A stretch of 64,000 bases of DNA from Pelagomonas calceolata (GCA_918797485.1 CAKKNE010000005.1:5208001-5272000); one strand, 5' to 3'. Counted from the first letter of the stretch, positions 52,613 through 63,230 are shown. The notes: generated by a model not told the origin, from the letters alone. Numbers and translations: made by a program.

Positions 52613-53650
52613 TTAAATCCCCACCTCGCCCGTCGCCGCGAACTTGCACACCCAGACCACCGCGCCGATCAACCCCCCGAACACGTTGCCCCAGACGACC
52701 AACCACCCCAAATGTTCTCGAATGACCGCTGCCATCATCCTTTTCACCCTTAATGGTGTCAACGTCTCCATTCTCTCAGTAAGCACCTTGTCGATTTCCC
52801 CCCTCACCGTGTCCACGTCCACGATCTCCGTCAAATCGAAATTTTGAGCGAGCGTCTCGATCAGATCCGCACCGATGCCGATCAGCATGGGCTTGAGCAT
52901 CGGCACCATCGTGTCAAACCCCCCGAACATCGGCGCCATCGTCTGTAATAAAAGACCGTCCGGCGTCGCCGCGAGCTTTTCTAACTTGCGCGCGAGGTCG
53001 TGGTCGAAGCTGTCGCCGGCCATGGCCTTGCGCAGTTTTGATTTCACGTCGACTTTTTCCAGTAGATTACCCGACCGCGTCGACAGGTACTCCGACAGAA
53101 ACTTCTTCTCGAAGAACGTCTCCAGGATCATCGTTTTTAAAGCACCTAAAATGTCCTTGAACCGTCGCGGGATGACGCCCGAACCGATGAGGAACGGAAT
53201 GCGATCAAACAACATTTTGACCGCGAGCCAATTCGTCACGCCGCCCGCGAAGCCAAATAATCCAAAGGCCAATATAAAACCCGCCGACGCGTTCCTCGCG
53301 CCGAGCGAGGTGCGCATGATGAGACCTAGTATGAGCACTACTGCAGTGGCGACGTTGCTGAAGTCGCCCTTGTTCCACATTGTCACATCCCAGCAGGGCG
53401 GCTCCTTGTGGTCGTCCCAGATCTCGAGGCCGACGGGGTTCTCAACATCTCGACTGGGTTCGTCGGGCACGAGGGGCGTGTTCGACGCGTCCGTCGGCGT
53501 CGGCGAGACGCTCGGCCGTTGTGGTATGGGCTTCTGGAGCGGCGGCGTTGTAGGTGCGGCGGCGCCGTTGGTGGGGGCGGCGCCGTTGGTTGGGACGGTG
53601 CCGTCGGTCGCGCTGGCGGCCGGCGCGTCGGGCGCGGGCGCCACCGACAT
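52613..53650 (-). CDS. DUF445-like membrane protein
   Basis: FGLFGFAGGVTNWLAVKMLFD, GSGVIP, IREHLGWLVVWGNVFGGLIG; first in-frame ATG at 53650 (frame open about 180 nt further upstream). Confidence 0.85.
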   Translation of the reverse strand: MSVAPAPDAPAASATDGTVPTNGAAPTNGAAAPTTPPLQKPIPQRPSVSPTPTDASNTPLVPDEPSRDVENPVGLEIWDDHKEPPCWDVTMWNKGDFSNVATAVVLILGLIMRTSLGARNASAGFILAFGLFGFAGGVTNWLAVKMLFDRIPFLIGSGVIPRRFKDILGALKTMILETFFEKKFLSEYLSTRSGNLLEKVDVKSKLRKAMAGDSFDHDLARKLEKLAATPDGLLLQTMAPMFGGFDTMVPMLKPMLIGIGADLIETLAQNFDLTEIVDVDTVRGEIDKVLTERMETLTPLRVKRMMAAVIREHLGWLVVWGNVFGGLIGAVVWVCKFAATGEVGI

Positions 53651-54003
53651 CGCCGCAGCGGCGTCGTCGAAGGTCGCGACCGGCGACGCCTGGAGCGGCG
53701 AGTGGAGCGGCGACGCCTGGACCGGCTCGTCGCCGTCCGACGCAGCGAGGCTCGGCACTGGGGAGGCGGCCGGCGCCGCCGGCACTGCTGGGTCTGGCGA
53801 CGCCAGCTTTGCTGCAGCCGTGCGACTTCGCTACGATCTATGGGTAGCGTGAACGTGTCCGACCTTGCCCGTGCAAGGCTATAGGCCCAGTTTGAACGAA
53901 TTTGGCGCTGCGAGTTCCAGCCTCGAGAGGCCTCTCATCGAGCCTCTCAGCCTCTCTGCTCGTCGAATAGATCGTAATCTTGCACTATTCCAGGCTCAGC
54001 GCG

Positions 54004-55176
54004 ATGCTACTACAACGCTCTCTCCGTGCCGCGCTGCGGCAGGCACCGCGCGCATGCCGCAGAGCCATCAGCTCAGCACCCAAAGCGGCAGCCGCCGCAA
54101 AAGCGCCAGCGTTCGCGTTCGGCATGGGCGCATCGGTCGCCGGCACGGGCGCATCGGTCGCCGCGACGCAGACATCGGTGGGCCTACCTCCTGCGGTGGC
54201 CCTTGCGCTCGGCCTCTCCGGCGCGGCGGTCGCGACGGCGACGAACTGCGACGGCGACTACCTGCGACGCAACTTCGTGGCCGACGCGGCGGCGAAGGCG
54301 CTGCCGGCCGTCGTCAACCTGACGAGCGACGTGCAGAAGGGCTGGGTCCGCGGCATGAGCGCCGGGAGCGGCTTTATCGTACGAGCCGATGGATTGGTGG
54401 TGACGAACGCCCACGTCGTCCAGCACGCGCGGGGCGGCAAGGTCGTGGTCACGCTCGCGGACGGACGGAAGCTAAGGGGGCGCGTGCTCGCTCTAGACGC
54501 GGCGAGCGACCTGGCCGTGGTCCAGTGCGAGGTGCCGAAGCACACTCAGTCTTTACCCGTGGCCGAGCTCGGGAGCTCCGCAGCGTTGCGGCCGGGCGAT
54601 TTTGTGGTGGCGTTGGGGTCTCCCCTCAACCTGTCGAACTCGGTGACCTCGGGCATCGTCTCGAACGTCCACCGCCACGGCTCGGAATTAGGTAATGTCC
54701 AGTCGCGGGCCGAGTACCTGCAGACCGACGCGGCCATCAACCAAGGGAACAGTGGCGGGCCCCTGGTGGATTTAGATGGGAAAGTCGTTGGCATCAACAC
54801 GATGAAGGCGGCGGCGGCCGACGGTATTAGCTTCGCGATTCCCATTGATGTCGCTTGGGCCGTGGTGAGACAGTTGTTGCAGCACGGCGCCGTGAAGCGG
54901 CCCTACGTCGGCATCCAGATGCGCGCGCTACCGCTCAAGGGCGGCGTGGAAGTGGTCCAGGTCGCGCCGGACTCGCCGGCGGAGCGGGCCGGGCTGCGGG
55001 CGGGCGACCGGCTCGTGGCGATGCGGGGCGAGCGGATCCGGGACGTGGCGGACGTGCTCGCGCGGCTCGCGCTGCGGGCCGACGTGCTGGACGTGACGGT
55101 CGCGCGGCCCGACGTCGACGGCTCCTACCGCAACGCGACGCTCGTGGAAGCGCGCGTCGTGCCCGAGGAGAGGTGA
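54004..55176 (+). CDS. HtrA/Deg serine protease with PDZ domain, HtrA2-like, mitochondrial
   Basis: GSGFIV, TNAHVV, DLAVV, QTDAAINQGNSGGPL; C-terminal PDZ; Arg-rich presequence. Confidence 0.95.
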   Translation: MLLQRSLRAALRQAPRACRRAISSAPKAAAAAKAPAFAFGMGASVAGTGASVAATQTSVGLPPAVALALGLSGAAVATATNCDGDYLRRNFVADAAAKALPAVVNLTSDVQKGWVRGMSAGSGFIVRADGLVVTNAHVVQHARGGKVVVTLADGRKLRGRVLALDAASDLAVVQCEVPKHTQSLPVAELGSSAALRPGDFVVALGSPLNLSNSVTSGIVSNVHRHGSELGNVQSRAEYLQTDAAINQGNSGGPLVDLDGKVVGINTMKAAAADGISFAIPIDVAWAVVRQLLQHGAVKRPYVGIQMRALPLKGGVEVVQVAPDSPAERAGLRAGDRLVAMRGERIRDVADVLARLALRADVLDVTVARPDVDGSYRNATLVEARVVPEER

Positions 55177-55259
55177 ATTTGACGCGTATAAAACTGTTGT
55201 CTATCTTTAGACCTAGAGCGGAGCGACGCGGAGACCTGACGATTGGCGACAACCGACAC

Positions 55260-55722
55260 CTAGCCCTGGTAGGCCAGCGCCGCAGCGACGGCGGCTGCGA
55301 GGACCCCATAGAAGCCGACCATCTTCGCGGAGCCCATGTCCAGCGACGGGCCCTTCTGCGGGATCGTCGAGAGCGTGTCGTCGACGCGCGATCCTAGCGC
55401 CGGCTTGTAGGCGTCCTTGTTCGACCTGCGATCGACGGCATGTTTGTGGACGCCGCGACGTCTTCGCGTGTGATCGATGGCGTACTGTGTGAGGCTGTGT
55501 GAGGACGCGTCGACGACGCGGCAGCGCCGAGTGTCAAAAAATCGTACGACTGACTGTTCAAGCCGCGGTACCTTTGGAGAACTGGACGCCGTGATCGCGC
55601 TTCGGCCGGGAGGCCGGGTTGTCGAAGCCGTACATCTGTGTGAGCTGCTGGCCCCGAGCAGCTGGGGGCTGGAAGGCACCCACAGCCGCTGCCAAACAGA
55701 GAAGGGCGCATGGTCGCTGCAT
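55260..55722 (-). CDS. Small plastid-targeted protein with C-terminal transmembrane helix; one intron ending at 55426, donor uncertain
   Basis: MQRPCALLCLAAAVGAFQP presequence; 3' exon SNKDAYKP...GFYGVLAAAVAAALAYQG*. Confidence 0.55.
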
Positions 55723-55902
55723 GGTGCCGAAGAATGAATCAGAGAATCACAAACGGATTCACAAACCAATGCGCAGCGTGGCCAGGAGGAGCCAAGCCAA
55801 ATCTGCAGATCCAACCTAGCTGCAGAGACACACTAGCACCGATCAAATATACTCATCGATCCACAATAGTACTCTAGAGGGTCACATCTCACGCACGAAA
55901 AC

Positions 55903-56343
55903 TTAGGAGCGACGCGTCCTAGGGCCTTCACGAAAGGCAAAGTCGCACCCGAGCGTCTGGCCGAGCATGTCCGCCCCGTTCATCGCCTTGATCGCCGCGT
56001 CGGCCTCCTTCCGCTCCGCGTACTCGATCAAGACATAACCCTTCACGAAGCCCGTCCTCCTATCGAGATTGACGTGGATGTTCCGCACGTCGCCGTACTC
56101 GCCGAACGCGTCCAGGATGTCCTCCTCCTGCGCCTCCTCGTGGACGTTCCACACGAAGACGATCCAGCCCTCGACGCTCTTGACCGGGCCCGTGCCGGAG
56201 GAAGCTGTGCTGTCGAAGGTGCCCCGGCTCAGCTCGGAGTCGTTGCCGTCCGTGCGGTCGCGGTGGCCGCGGCCCTTCGTCCGCAGGCGCGCGCTGCCCT
56301 TGCCGCTGGCGGCCGACGAGACGTCGATCTCGAGCGAGGCCAT
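55903..56343 (-). CDS. RBM8A: RNA-binding protein 8A (Y14), exon junction complex
   Basis: KGRG, GPVKSVEGWIVFV.NVHEEAQEED, NLDRRTGFVKGY. Confidence 0.96.
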   Translation of the reverse strand: MASLEIDVSSAASGKGSARLRTKGRGHRDRTDGNDSELSRGTFDSTASSGTGPVKSVEGWIVFVWNVHEEAQEEDILDAFGEYGDVRNIHVNLDRRTGFVKGYVLIEYAERKEADAAIKAMNGADMLGQTLGCDFAFREGPRTRRS

Positions 56344-56742
56344 GGCTTTTTGCAGGAGGCGGCGGCGGCGTGGGTGTGCTAAATGGAGATCGGTGTGCTA
56401 AATGTCGCGGCGACGGCGTAGCGCTGGACCAAGCTGCGCAGGGCAAAAAATAAGCACTGAGGATGCTTGTCTTGCACAGAGCAGCCCTGTCGACGACAGG
56501 CGCGTCGATTTTAGTGAGGGCGGAAATGCTAGTACGTTTGAAACGCTAGCTCTCCCAGGGAGGACGAGGCAAAAAAAAAGGCCCGGGAGGACTTGTGTAG
56601 GCCCACGTGCCACCGGCAGCTCCCTCAGCACTCATCAAACGCCTGGGACAAGCGACCGCGAACGCCGGGCCACCCTACGGCCGCACAGGCTGGGCCTAGC
56701 CAGAGTGGGCGAATTCACTGCACACGCCCGCGGAGACCAACA

Positions 56743-57891
56743 ATGGCGCAGCAATTAAAAGTCTTCGAGAACTTCGAAGCCCTAGGTTTAAGAGAAGACC
56801 TGCTGAGGGGCATCTACGCCTACGGCTTCGAACGACCCAGCGCCATCCAGCAGCGCGCGATCGAGCCCATCGTGGCGGGAAGAGATATAATAGCCCAGTC
56901 CCAGTCGGGCACGGGCAAGACCGCCGTCTTTTGTATTGGCATGCTCCAAGTACTAAACTCGGCGACGAACGAGACGCAGATGTTGGCGCTGTCGCCCACT
57001 CGGGAACTCGCCGAGCAGACGCAGAAGGTTTGTTTGGCCCTGGGCGACTACATGAACGTGCAGTGCCACACGTGCATCGGTGGTAAATCTATCGGCGAGG
57101 ATATTAGGAGACTAGACTACGGCGTGCAGATCGTCTCCGGCACGCCTGGTCGGGTCTTCGACATGATCCAGAGACGTAGTCTGCAGACGCGCAATTTGAA
57201 GATGCTGGTTATTGACGAGGCCGACGAGATGCTCAACAGAGGCTTCAAGGACCAGATCTACGACATCTACAGATACCTGCCGCCGTCGATCCAAGTCGTC
57301 TTGGTCTCCGCCACAATGCCGCAGGAGGTCCTCGACATGACGAAGAAGTTCATGAATGAACCTGTTCATGTTTTGGTGAAGCGCGACGAATTAACTCTGG
57401 AGGGCATCAAGCAGTTCTTCGTGGCCGTCGAGCGCGAGGAGTGGAAGTTCGACACCCTGTGTGATTTGTATGACACTTTAACAATCACGCAAGCGGTCAT
57501 CTTCTGCAACACGAAGCGTAAAGTCGACTGGCTCTCCTCCAAAATGCGCGAGGCGAACTTTACCGTCTCAGCGATGCATGGGGACATGCCGCAAAAAGAA
57601 AGGGATGCCATCATGGCCGAGTTCCGGGGCGGGTCGTCGCGGGTCTTGATTGCCACGGACGTCTGGGGGCGCGGCTTGGACGTCCAGCAGGTGTCGCTGG
57701 TGATCTGTTATGATTTGCCGAACAACCGCGAGTTGTACATTCACCGCATCGGCCGGTCGGGGAGATTTGGAAGGAAGGGCGTGGCCATCAACTTCGTGAA
57801 GAACGAGGACGTGCGCATTTTGCGGGACATCGAGCAGTACTACAGCACCCAGATCGACGAGATGCCGATGAACGTCGCGGACCTGATCTAG
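56743..57891 (+). CDS. EIF4A3: eIF4A-III DEAD-box helicase, exon junction complex
   Basis: [73 protein letters not shown]. Confidence 0.97.
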   Translation: MAQQLKVFENFEALGLREDLLRGIYAYGFERPSAIQQRAIEPIVAGRDIIAQSQSGTGKTAVFCIGMLQVLNSATNETQMLALSPTRELAEQTQKVCLALGDYMNVQCHTCIGGKSIGEDIRRLDYGVQIVSGTPGRVFDMIQRRSLQTRNLKMLVIDEADEMLNRGFKDQIYDIYRYLPPSIQVVLVSATMPQEVLDMTKKFMNEPVHVLVKRDELTLEGIKQFFVAVEREEWKFDTLCDLYDTLTITQAVIFCNTKRKVDWLSSKMREANFTVSAMHGDMPQKERDAIMAEFRGGSSRVLIATDVWGRGLDVQQVSLVICYDLPNNRELYIHRIGRSGRFGRKGVAINFVKNEDVRILRDIEQYYSTQIDEMPMNVADLI

Positions 57892-58021
57892 GTGTCGCTT
57901 CTCCCGCGTAAGGGGCTTGTTTGGGAAACCTGGCGGGTTCGTAGAAGGGGCAGAGAGGTTAGACGGGGTAAAGAAAGCGCCCCCGGCCAAGTATGAGCTC
58001 AAACCTACAAACACACACATC

Positions 58022-58933
58022 TTAGGCACCGGCCGCGAGCTCCAGGCTGTGCTCGAGGCAGTCGCCCGTCCGCGTCGTTGCGCACGCGACGACGCGGCCG
58101 CCCCGGCGCTCGAGGAGGGCCGTGCACGCGCGCCGGTGCAGGTCCGGCACGGCCCCGGACGCCACGAGGTCCGCAGCGGAGCAGGCCGCGAGCGTCGCCG
58201 GCACGCGCACCTTGATCAGGACGCCCTTCTCGCCCGGCGCCGCGTCGGCCGCGTCGCAGTAGCCAAAGCCCACGAGGCGGTCCAGCAAATCCCGCAGCGC
58301 CGCGAGCGTCCCGAGGTCCGGGGCGAGCCCGCCCGGCGCTCGGTTGGACACGGCCGCGAGCGTCTCCTCGCCGAGCTTCCGCCCAAAGACCTCTAAAGCA
58401 GCAGCGTCCCGCGCGCACGACACCGCCGCGACGCACGTGGCGTAGGCGTTCAGGTCGAACGTGTAGGGGTCGGCGTTGTCGTTGTCGACCTCGTCGTCGC
58501 CCAGCGTGATCTCGGCGCCCGACGACGCCGCCGCGGCCGCGTAGTCCGGCCGCGCCCGGCGCCGCTCGTCCTTGAAGGCCGCCACGAGCTGGCGCTTGCC
58601 GACGCCCATGCTGTCGCGGGCCGCGTTGTACATGGCTTTCAGCAATGATAAGGCGAGGGCCTCGTCGAGCCGCGGCCGCGCCGCCGGCCGCGCGACCATG
58701 GGCGCGCCCCGCCAGCTCACGGCGGCCTCGCCGAGGTCCATCTCGTCCTTGCCCTCGTCCTCGTCGTCGCTTTTGCCGCCGCGCACCTCGCGCCAGGCCT
58801 CCTCGAGCGACTCGAGCACGACGGGCGCCGTAATGTCCGGCCCGAGCTCCTCCTCGACGTCCCAGCCCAGCGCTCGCATGCGTGCGGCGTCGGGCGGTGG
58901 GTCCGCGGGCGTCAGGATCTGGGCTCGGCGCAT
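58022..58933 (-). CDS. Hypothetical protein
   Basis: 303-aa ATG ORF with coding-like composition. Confidence 0.65.
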   Translation of the reverse strand: MRRAQILTPADPPPDAARMRALGWDVEEELGPDITAPVVLESLEEAWREVRGGKSDDEDEGKDEMDLGEAAVSWRGAPMVARPAARPRLDEALALSLLKAMYNAARDSMGVGKRQLVAAFKDERRRARPDYAAAAASSGAEITLGDDEVDNDNADPYTFDLNAYATCVAAVSCARDAAALEVFGRKLGEETLAAVSNRAPGGLAPDLGTLAALRDLLDRLVGFGYCDAADAAPGEKGVLIKVRVPATLAACSAADLVASGAVPDLHRRACTALLERRGGRVVACATTRTGDCLEHSLELAAGA

Positions 58934-59171
58934 AGTGCTTTCAAATTTCAGGGTCTCCTCTGCACAGTGCTGTCCCCAATTGATGTGTGGTGTTTGAAAT
59001 GAGCCGCGGCAGGCTTTGCGCGCGCGGGCTGCTTGTCCGGGATGTTTGTGTGAGCAACGTCACGGCTCAAAAAGCTGCGATTCCTCCAGCACGTGTCGAA
59101 TGGTGTACTCACAGCGCGTCTTTGCGTGCGACAAGCAGAGATGCGCCAACGCGCCTTGCGAAGCGACCGCA

Positions 59172-59194
59172 CTAGCGTCATGTAAGACACTAGC
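59172..59194 (-). promoter_or_regulatory. CTAG-bracketed upstream element
   Basis: CTAGCGTCATGTAAGACACTAGC. Confidence 0.7.
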
Positions 59195-59399
59195 AAAAGC
59201 TACTTTGGCCAAACGCCAGAGCGCGGCTCCTAGCGGCTATCTCGCGCGTGCGCGGCTGCCACGAGGTCGCCAGACACTCAGCGTCTCCTGCTGCTCCACC
59301 TGTGGCGGCTCGGAGGCTCTCCGGCTCCGCTGAGGCCTGAGAGGCCATTAGCTCTGCCTAGCCATTTTTCGCCGGCGCGGAGGGTTTGACCAATCAAAA

Positions 59400-60485
59400 A
59401 TGGCCGAGGACGAGCCCGCGCCAGCCACAATCACAAAGACGGCCAACGCGCTAGCCCAGGCCGCGGAATTCGCGTTAGCCTCGCTCGTCAACCTCGGCTG
59501 GACGTGGCCGAACATCGCCTTCGCGATCGCAGCGGCCACGACGGCCGCGACGGGCCGCTTCCCGCGGTCGGCGACGATCCTCGGCTTTATCCTGTTCGTG
59601 CGCCTCATCCGCTTCCCCGAGGGCCCCATGAGCCGCAGCGATCAACCGGCGACCGGTGAAATGGTAGACCTCCCGACCGGCGCGACGCACTACGAGTGGC
59701 TCGAGGCCACGACATTGTTGAGTGAGGTGCCCGTCGTCGTCGTGCACGGCTTTAGTGGAGATTTAAATGACGTGCGGCCGCTCGCCGCGCGGATCCGGGA
59801 CGCGGGCCACCGCGTCCTCGTCTATGATTTAGTGGGGAGAGGCTACAGCGCGTGCCGCGGCGAGCGCCACACGTGCCGCCTCTTCGTGTCGCAGCTCTCG
59901 GAGTTGCTGAGCGCGCTCCAAATACAACGCGCGCACCTCGTGGGCAACTCGTTGGGCGGCGGCGTCGCGATCGAGTTCGCGCGCTACTTCCCGCAGCGCG
60001 TCGAGTCGCTTGCATTGGTCGCGCCCGTGGGGCTGCGGCTGGCGAAGCGCACGTACGTCTTGACGCGCGCGCCGCTGGTGCCGGACGTGCTCTTCCGGTG
60101 CTTCCTGCAGTTCTCGCTGCTCTTTGGGCTGGAGTACGAGTGGGCCGACGTCAAGAATCCCAAATATAGAACCATGGTGCAGGCTTATAAAAGGCGGGTG
60201 GCCGAGGAGCCCGCGCTCGGGCGGTCGCTGCTGTCGACGGCGCGGCACTTCCCCTTCGAGCAGCTGGGGCCGGCCTTCGCGGCGGCGGGCGCGCTGCCGC
60301 GGCCGGTGTTGGTCGTGTGGGGCGACGGCGACCGGACGTGCCCCTGCGCGGCGCGCGACGTGCGGCGCCTCGTGCCGCGCGCGGACGTCGTGGTGGTGCG
60401 CGGCGCGCGGCACTGCGTCTACACGGAATTTGTCGGCGAGAGCGCGCGCGCCGTCGTGGACCACCTCCGGCGGGCCGTGGCCTAG
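59400..60485 (+). CDS. Alpha/beta-fold hydrolase with N-terminal membrane anchor
   Basis: VVHGF, YDLVGRGYS, GNSLGG, VVWGDGD, GARH. Confidence 0.92.
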   Translation: MAEDEPAPATITKTANALAQAAEFALASLVNLGWTWPNIAFAIAAATTAATGRFPRSATILGFILFVRLIRFPEGPMSRSDQPATGEMVDLPTGATHYEWLEATTLLSEVPVVVVHGFSGDLNDVRPLAARIRDAGHRVLVYDLVGRGYSACRGERHTCRLFVSQLSELLSALQIQRAHLVGNSLGGGVAIEFARYFPQRVESLALVAPVGLRLAKRTYVLTRAPLVPDVLFRCFLQFSLLFGLEYEWADVKNPKYRTMVQAYKRRVAEEPALGRSLLSTARHFPFEQLGPAFAAAGALPRPVLVVWGDGDRTCPCAARDVRRLVPRADVVVVRGARHCVYTEFVGESARAVVDHLRRAVA

Positions 60486-60560
60486 TGTTTTCCCCTTTTA
60501 ACTTTTGTGATCTTGAAACCCGGGCCCGGTCGCGCGCCCTCGTGAAAACAACAACAATAC

Positions 60561-61901
60561 CTAATCAGTCTCCTCGGACGCGGCGGCGCGCGCCCGAAGC
60601 CGCGCGTCCACAAAGCCCCCGAGCTCGCCGTCGAGCACGTCCAGCGCGCGCGACGACTCGTGGACGTCGTCCTTCACGAGCTTGTACGGGTGGAGCACGT
60701 AGGAGCGCACCGACGCGCCGAAGTCGGCCTGGACGCGCTCGCCGCGCACGTCCGCGAGAGCCTGGGCCCGCTGCTCAGCGACGATGAGCGCGAGCTTCGC
60801 TCTGAGTCGATTCAGGGCGTCGCGCTTGTTCGCCGCCTGGGTGCGCTCGCGCGTCGACTTTACGGCGACGCCCGTCGGCAGGTGCACGATGCGCACCGCC
60901 GTCTCCACTTTATTGACGTTCTGGCCGCCGGCGCCGCCCGCTCTCGCTGTCGTGATCTCCAGGTCGTTATCATCTAAATCCACAATGTCCTGCGGCAAAG
61001 CCGGGTGGTCCTCGGGCAGTTCCGGCACGGGCTCCACGCTCGCGAACGACGTCTGGCGCTTTGCGGCGCTGTTGAAGGGCGACTGCCGCACGAGTCTATG
61101 AGCGCCGCGCTCGCCCCGTAATAACCCGAACGCGTGCGGGCCCTCCACTTGTAAGGTAACGCTCTTCACGCAGCCCGGGTGGTCGCCCTCGGCGCGCTCG
61201 AGCTCCCTGCACTGCAGACCTCTCGCGTCGCAGAAGCGCGCGTACATCCTGGCGACCATGGCCGTCCAGTCCTGCGCGTCGAGGCCGCCGGCGCCGGCCT
61301 GCACCTCCAAACGGCACGCGCACGCGTCGAAGGGGCCGTTCAGCGCTTGCGCGAGTTGTCTTTCTTCAAGAGCTTTTCGCAGCGCGTCGAGCGCGTCCGT
61401 CGCCGCCTCGGCGTAGAACGCCTCGCTCTCCTCGTCGTTTTCCGACTCCGCGAGGCCGTCGAGCGCGGCGGCGGCGTCCTCGAGGAGCGCGTCGCCCGCC
61501 GCGACGGCGTCGCGGTCGCCTTTCAACGCGGCGAGCCGCGCGAGCGCGGTCTGCGCGGCGTCGCTGTCGTCCCAAAAGTCCGGCGCGGCGGCGGCCGCCT
61601 CGAGGTCCCGGATGTCGTTCTGCCAGGCCGCCACGCGCTCGGCCGGCGGCCGCGTCTTCGCGACTTCGTCGCTCAGCGCGGCGAGGTCCGCGCGCAGCGC
61701 CGGCAGCGCGTCGGCGCCGGTAGGCGTCGTCGCGAGCAGGCGCGTCAGGTGTCGCATCGTCGGTTGCGGAGCCTGAGTCAAGCGTCGCATCGTCGGTCGC
61801 AGGCCCCGCGCGCCGCCGAAGCGCGTCACGCGTCGCATCGTCGGTCGCAAACTCCGCGCGGCGCCGGCGAGAAGGAGCATGGCTGCCGCTCGTGGCAGCA
61901 T
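60561..61901 (-). CDS. prfB: Organellar (probably plastid) peptide chain release factor 2
   Basis: [57 protein letters not shown] at 61901 or 61880. Confidence 0.95.
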   Translation of the reverse strand: MLPRAAAMLLLAGAARSLRPTMRRVTRFGGARGLRPTMRRLTQAPQPTMRHLTRLLATTPTGADALPALRADLAALSDEVAKTRPPAERVAAWQNDIRDLEAAAAAPDFWDDSDAAQTALARLAALKGDRDAVAAGDALLEDAAAALDGLAESENDEESEAFYAEAATDALDALRKALEERQLAQALNGPFDACACRLEVQAGAGGLDAQDWTAMVARMYARFCDARGLQCRELERAEGDHPGCVKSVTLQVEGPHAFGLLRGERGAHRLVRQSPFNSAAKRQTSFASVEPVPELPEDHPALPQDIVDLDDNDLEITTARAGGAGGQNVNKVETAVRIVHLPTGVAVKSTRERTQAANKRDALNRLRAKLALIVAEQRAQALADVRGERVQADFGASVRSYVLHPYKLVKDDVHESSRALDVLDGELGGFVDARLRARAAASEETD

Positions 61902-62031
61902 CCGTGTGGCAGCAATGCAGCGGAGTGCACTACTGCGCGGCACGTTTAAAGAGAAGCTCGGAAGTTATTTGCAGCTATCAGCGCTGCGTCTCTGCCCTGT
62001 GTTTTGCCCCCTGGCACTTTAGGCAGAATGG

Positions 62032-62054
62032 GCTAGCGGCGTGTAAGACACTAG
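62032..62054 (-). promoter_or_regulatory. CTAG-bracketed upstream element
   Basis: GCTAGCGGCGTGTAAGACACTAG. Confidence 0.7.
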
Positions 62055-62408
62055 AAAGCAAGCAGAACATCTTGGAAGGGTACGGCGCGAAGCTCCATCA
62101 AACACGAGCCTTCCCGAAGAGTCTTCTCTTTATCGAAGAGCCTGGACAGTTTCGGCCAGCAACTCTGCCTCGAGGCCTTCGTCCGAGGCCCATTTTGTGG
62201 ACGTCTCGCCGCACGCCAGACAGCAAGAAACGCAAGGGTTGCCTTAAGGCCTATCTAGGACGCAAGGGCAGCAACTGTCGCCGCGCACGGACCGTCGTCG
62301 TCCACAGAAGCAAGAGGTGTGTGTGTTGGGCAGCCCGAGCCCGGCTTGAGGGGTCGTCGACTCCGCAGAGGCCAGTTTGGCTGCGCAGCAGAGGGATAGC
62401 AAAGCACG

Positions 62409-63230
62409 ATGAGCGCCTACGGCGGCGCCATCGTCTTGGCCTCGGGCGAGCTCCGGTTCCGGCCCCAGTCATTTAGTTATTGCGGCCACTGCGACCAATA
62501 TTTCATGTCTTGTACGTGCCACGGCATCCCCCATGCGCACGACTTTAATTTCAAGTGCCTGCCGCGGCCGCCGGACGGCTCGACGCCGCAGATGCTGTTG
62601 CGGCGGTGGTGTTCGTGCGTCGCGCAATCGTCGTCGATGGGCCGCTTCGAGGCCCTGAAGTGGTACCGGGACCACTCGTCGGCAAAACTCCGGGCCATGG
62701 CCAACAAGCGGGACGCTTTGAACGACATGGTCGAGGAATACGTGGCTCGCTTGCCGAGCGACCCTCACTTGCCGCTACTGGCCAAGGCGATCGGGATTCG
62801 GGGCGCGCCCGCTGAGGGCGCGCCTCGATTAGCAAGGGAGGCGCGGTCCGCGGCTGCTTCCTTCGTGGCGGGCGACTGGGCCACCGTGACGCGCGTCGGC
62901 GCCTTGCTGCTAAACAACGCGTTCCAGTCGAGCGACTGCGACCGCTACCCCTTGGCCGACGACGAGCTCGCCGAGGTCTTCTCGGCCATCGACACCTTGA
63001 ACAAGGTGCTCGGGCTCGGCTATTCCGACGTCGGGTGGTGCCTCGCGATCGAGAACGACCGCGCGCCGCATGTGACGCCGGCGGCGCCGGGCGCGTCGGG
63101 CCGCTTCCGCGACGTCTCCGCCGCGCCGCCGCAGAACACGCAGTGCCGCTGCGGCTCGACGACGCACAAGCGCACGAACCACTCGTCGTGCCCCCTGAAC
63201 CCGAAGAAGACGCAGCGCGCGCGGACCTAA
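62409..63230 (+). CDS. Hypothetical protein with Cys/His clusters at both ends
   Basis: CGHC..SCTCH near the N-terminus; CRCGSTTHKRTNHSSCPLN at the C-terminus. Confidence 0.65.
   Translation: MSAYGGAIVLASGELRFRPQSFSYCGHCDQYFMSCTCHGIPHAHDFNFKCLPRPPDGSTPQMLLRRWCSCVAQSSSMGRFEALKWYRDHSSAKLRAMANKRDALNDMVEEYVARLPSDPHLPLLAKAIGIRGAPAEGAPRLAREARSAAASFVAGDWATVTRVGALLLNNAFQSSDCDRYPLADDELAEVFSAIDTLNKVLGLGYSDVGWCLAIENDRAPHVTPAAPGASGRFRDVSAAPPQNTQCRCGSTTHKRTNHSSCPLNPKKTQRART

Noticed and set aside
60561..61901. Bacterial-style programmed +1 frameshift in prfB
   Set aside because: The frame is continuous with no internal stop
3190..62054. CRISPR array reading of the recurrent 24-bp motif
   Set aside because: Copies are kilobases apart, in both orientations, with no spacer regularity and no cas genes; eukaryotic context
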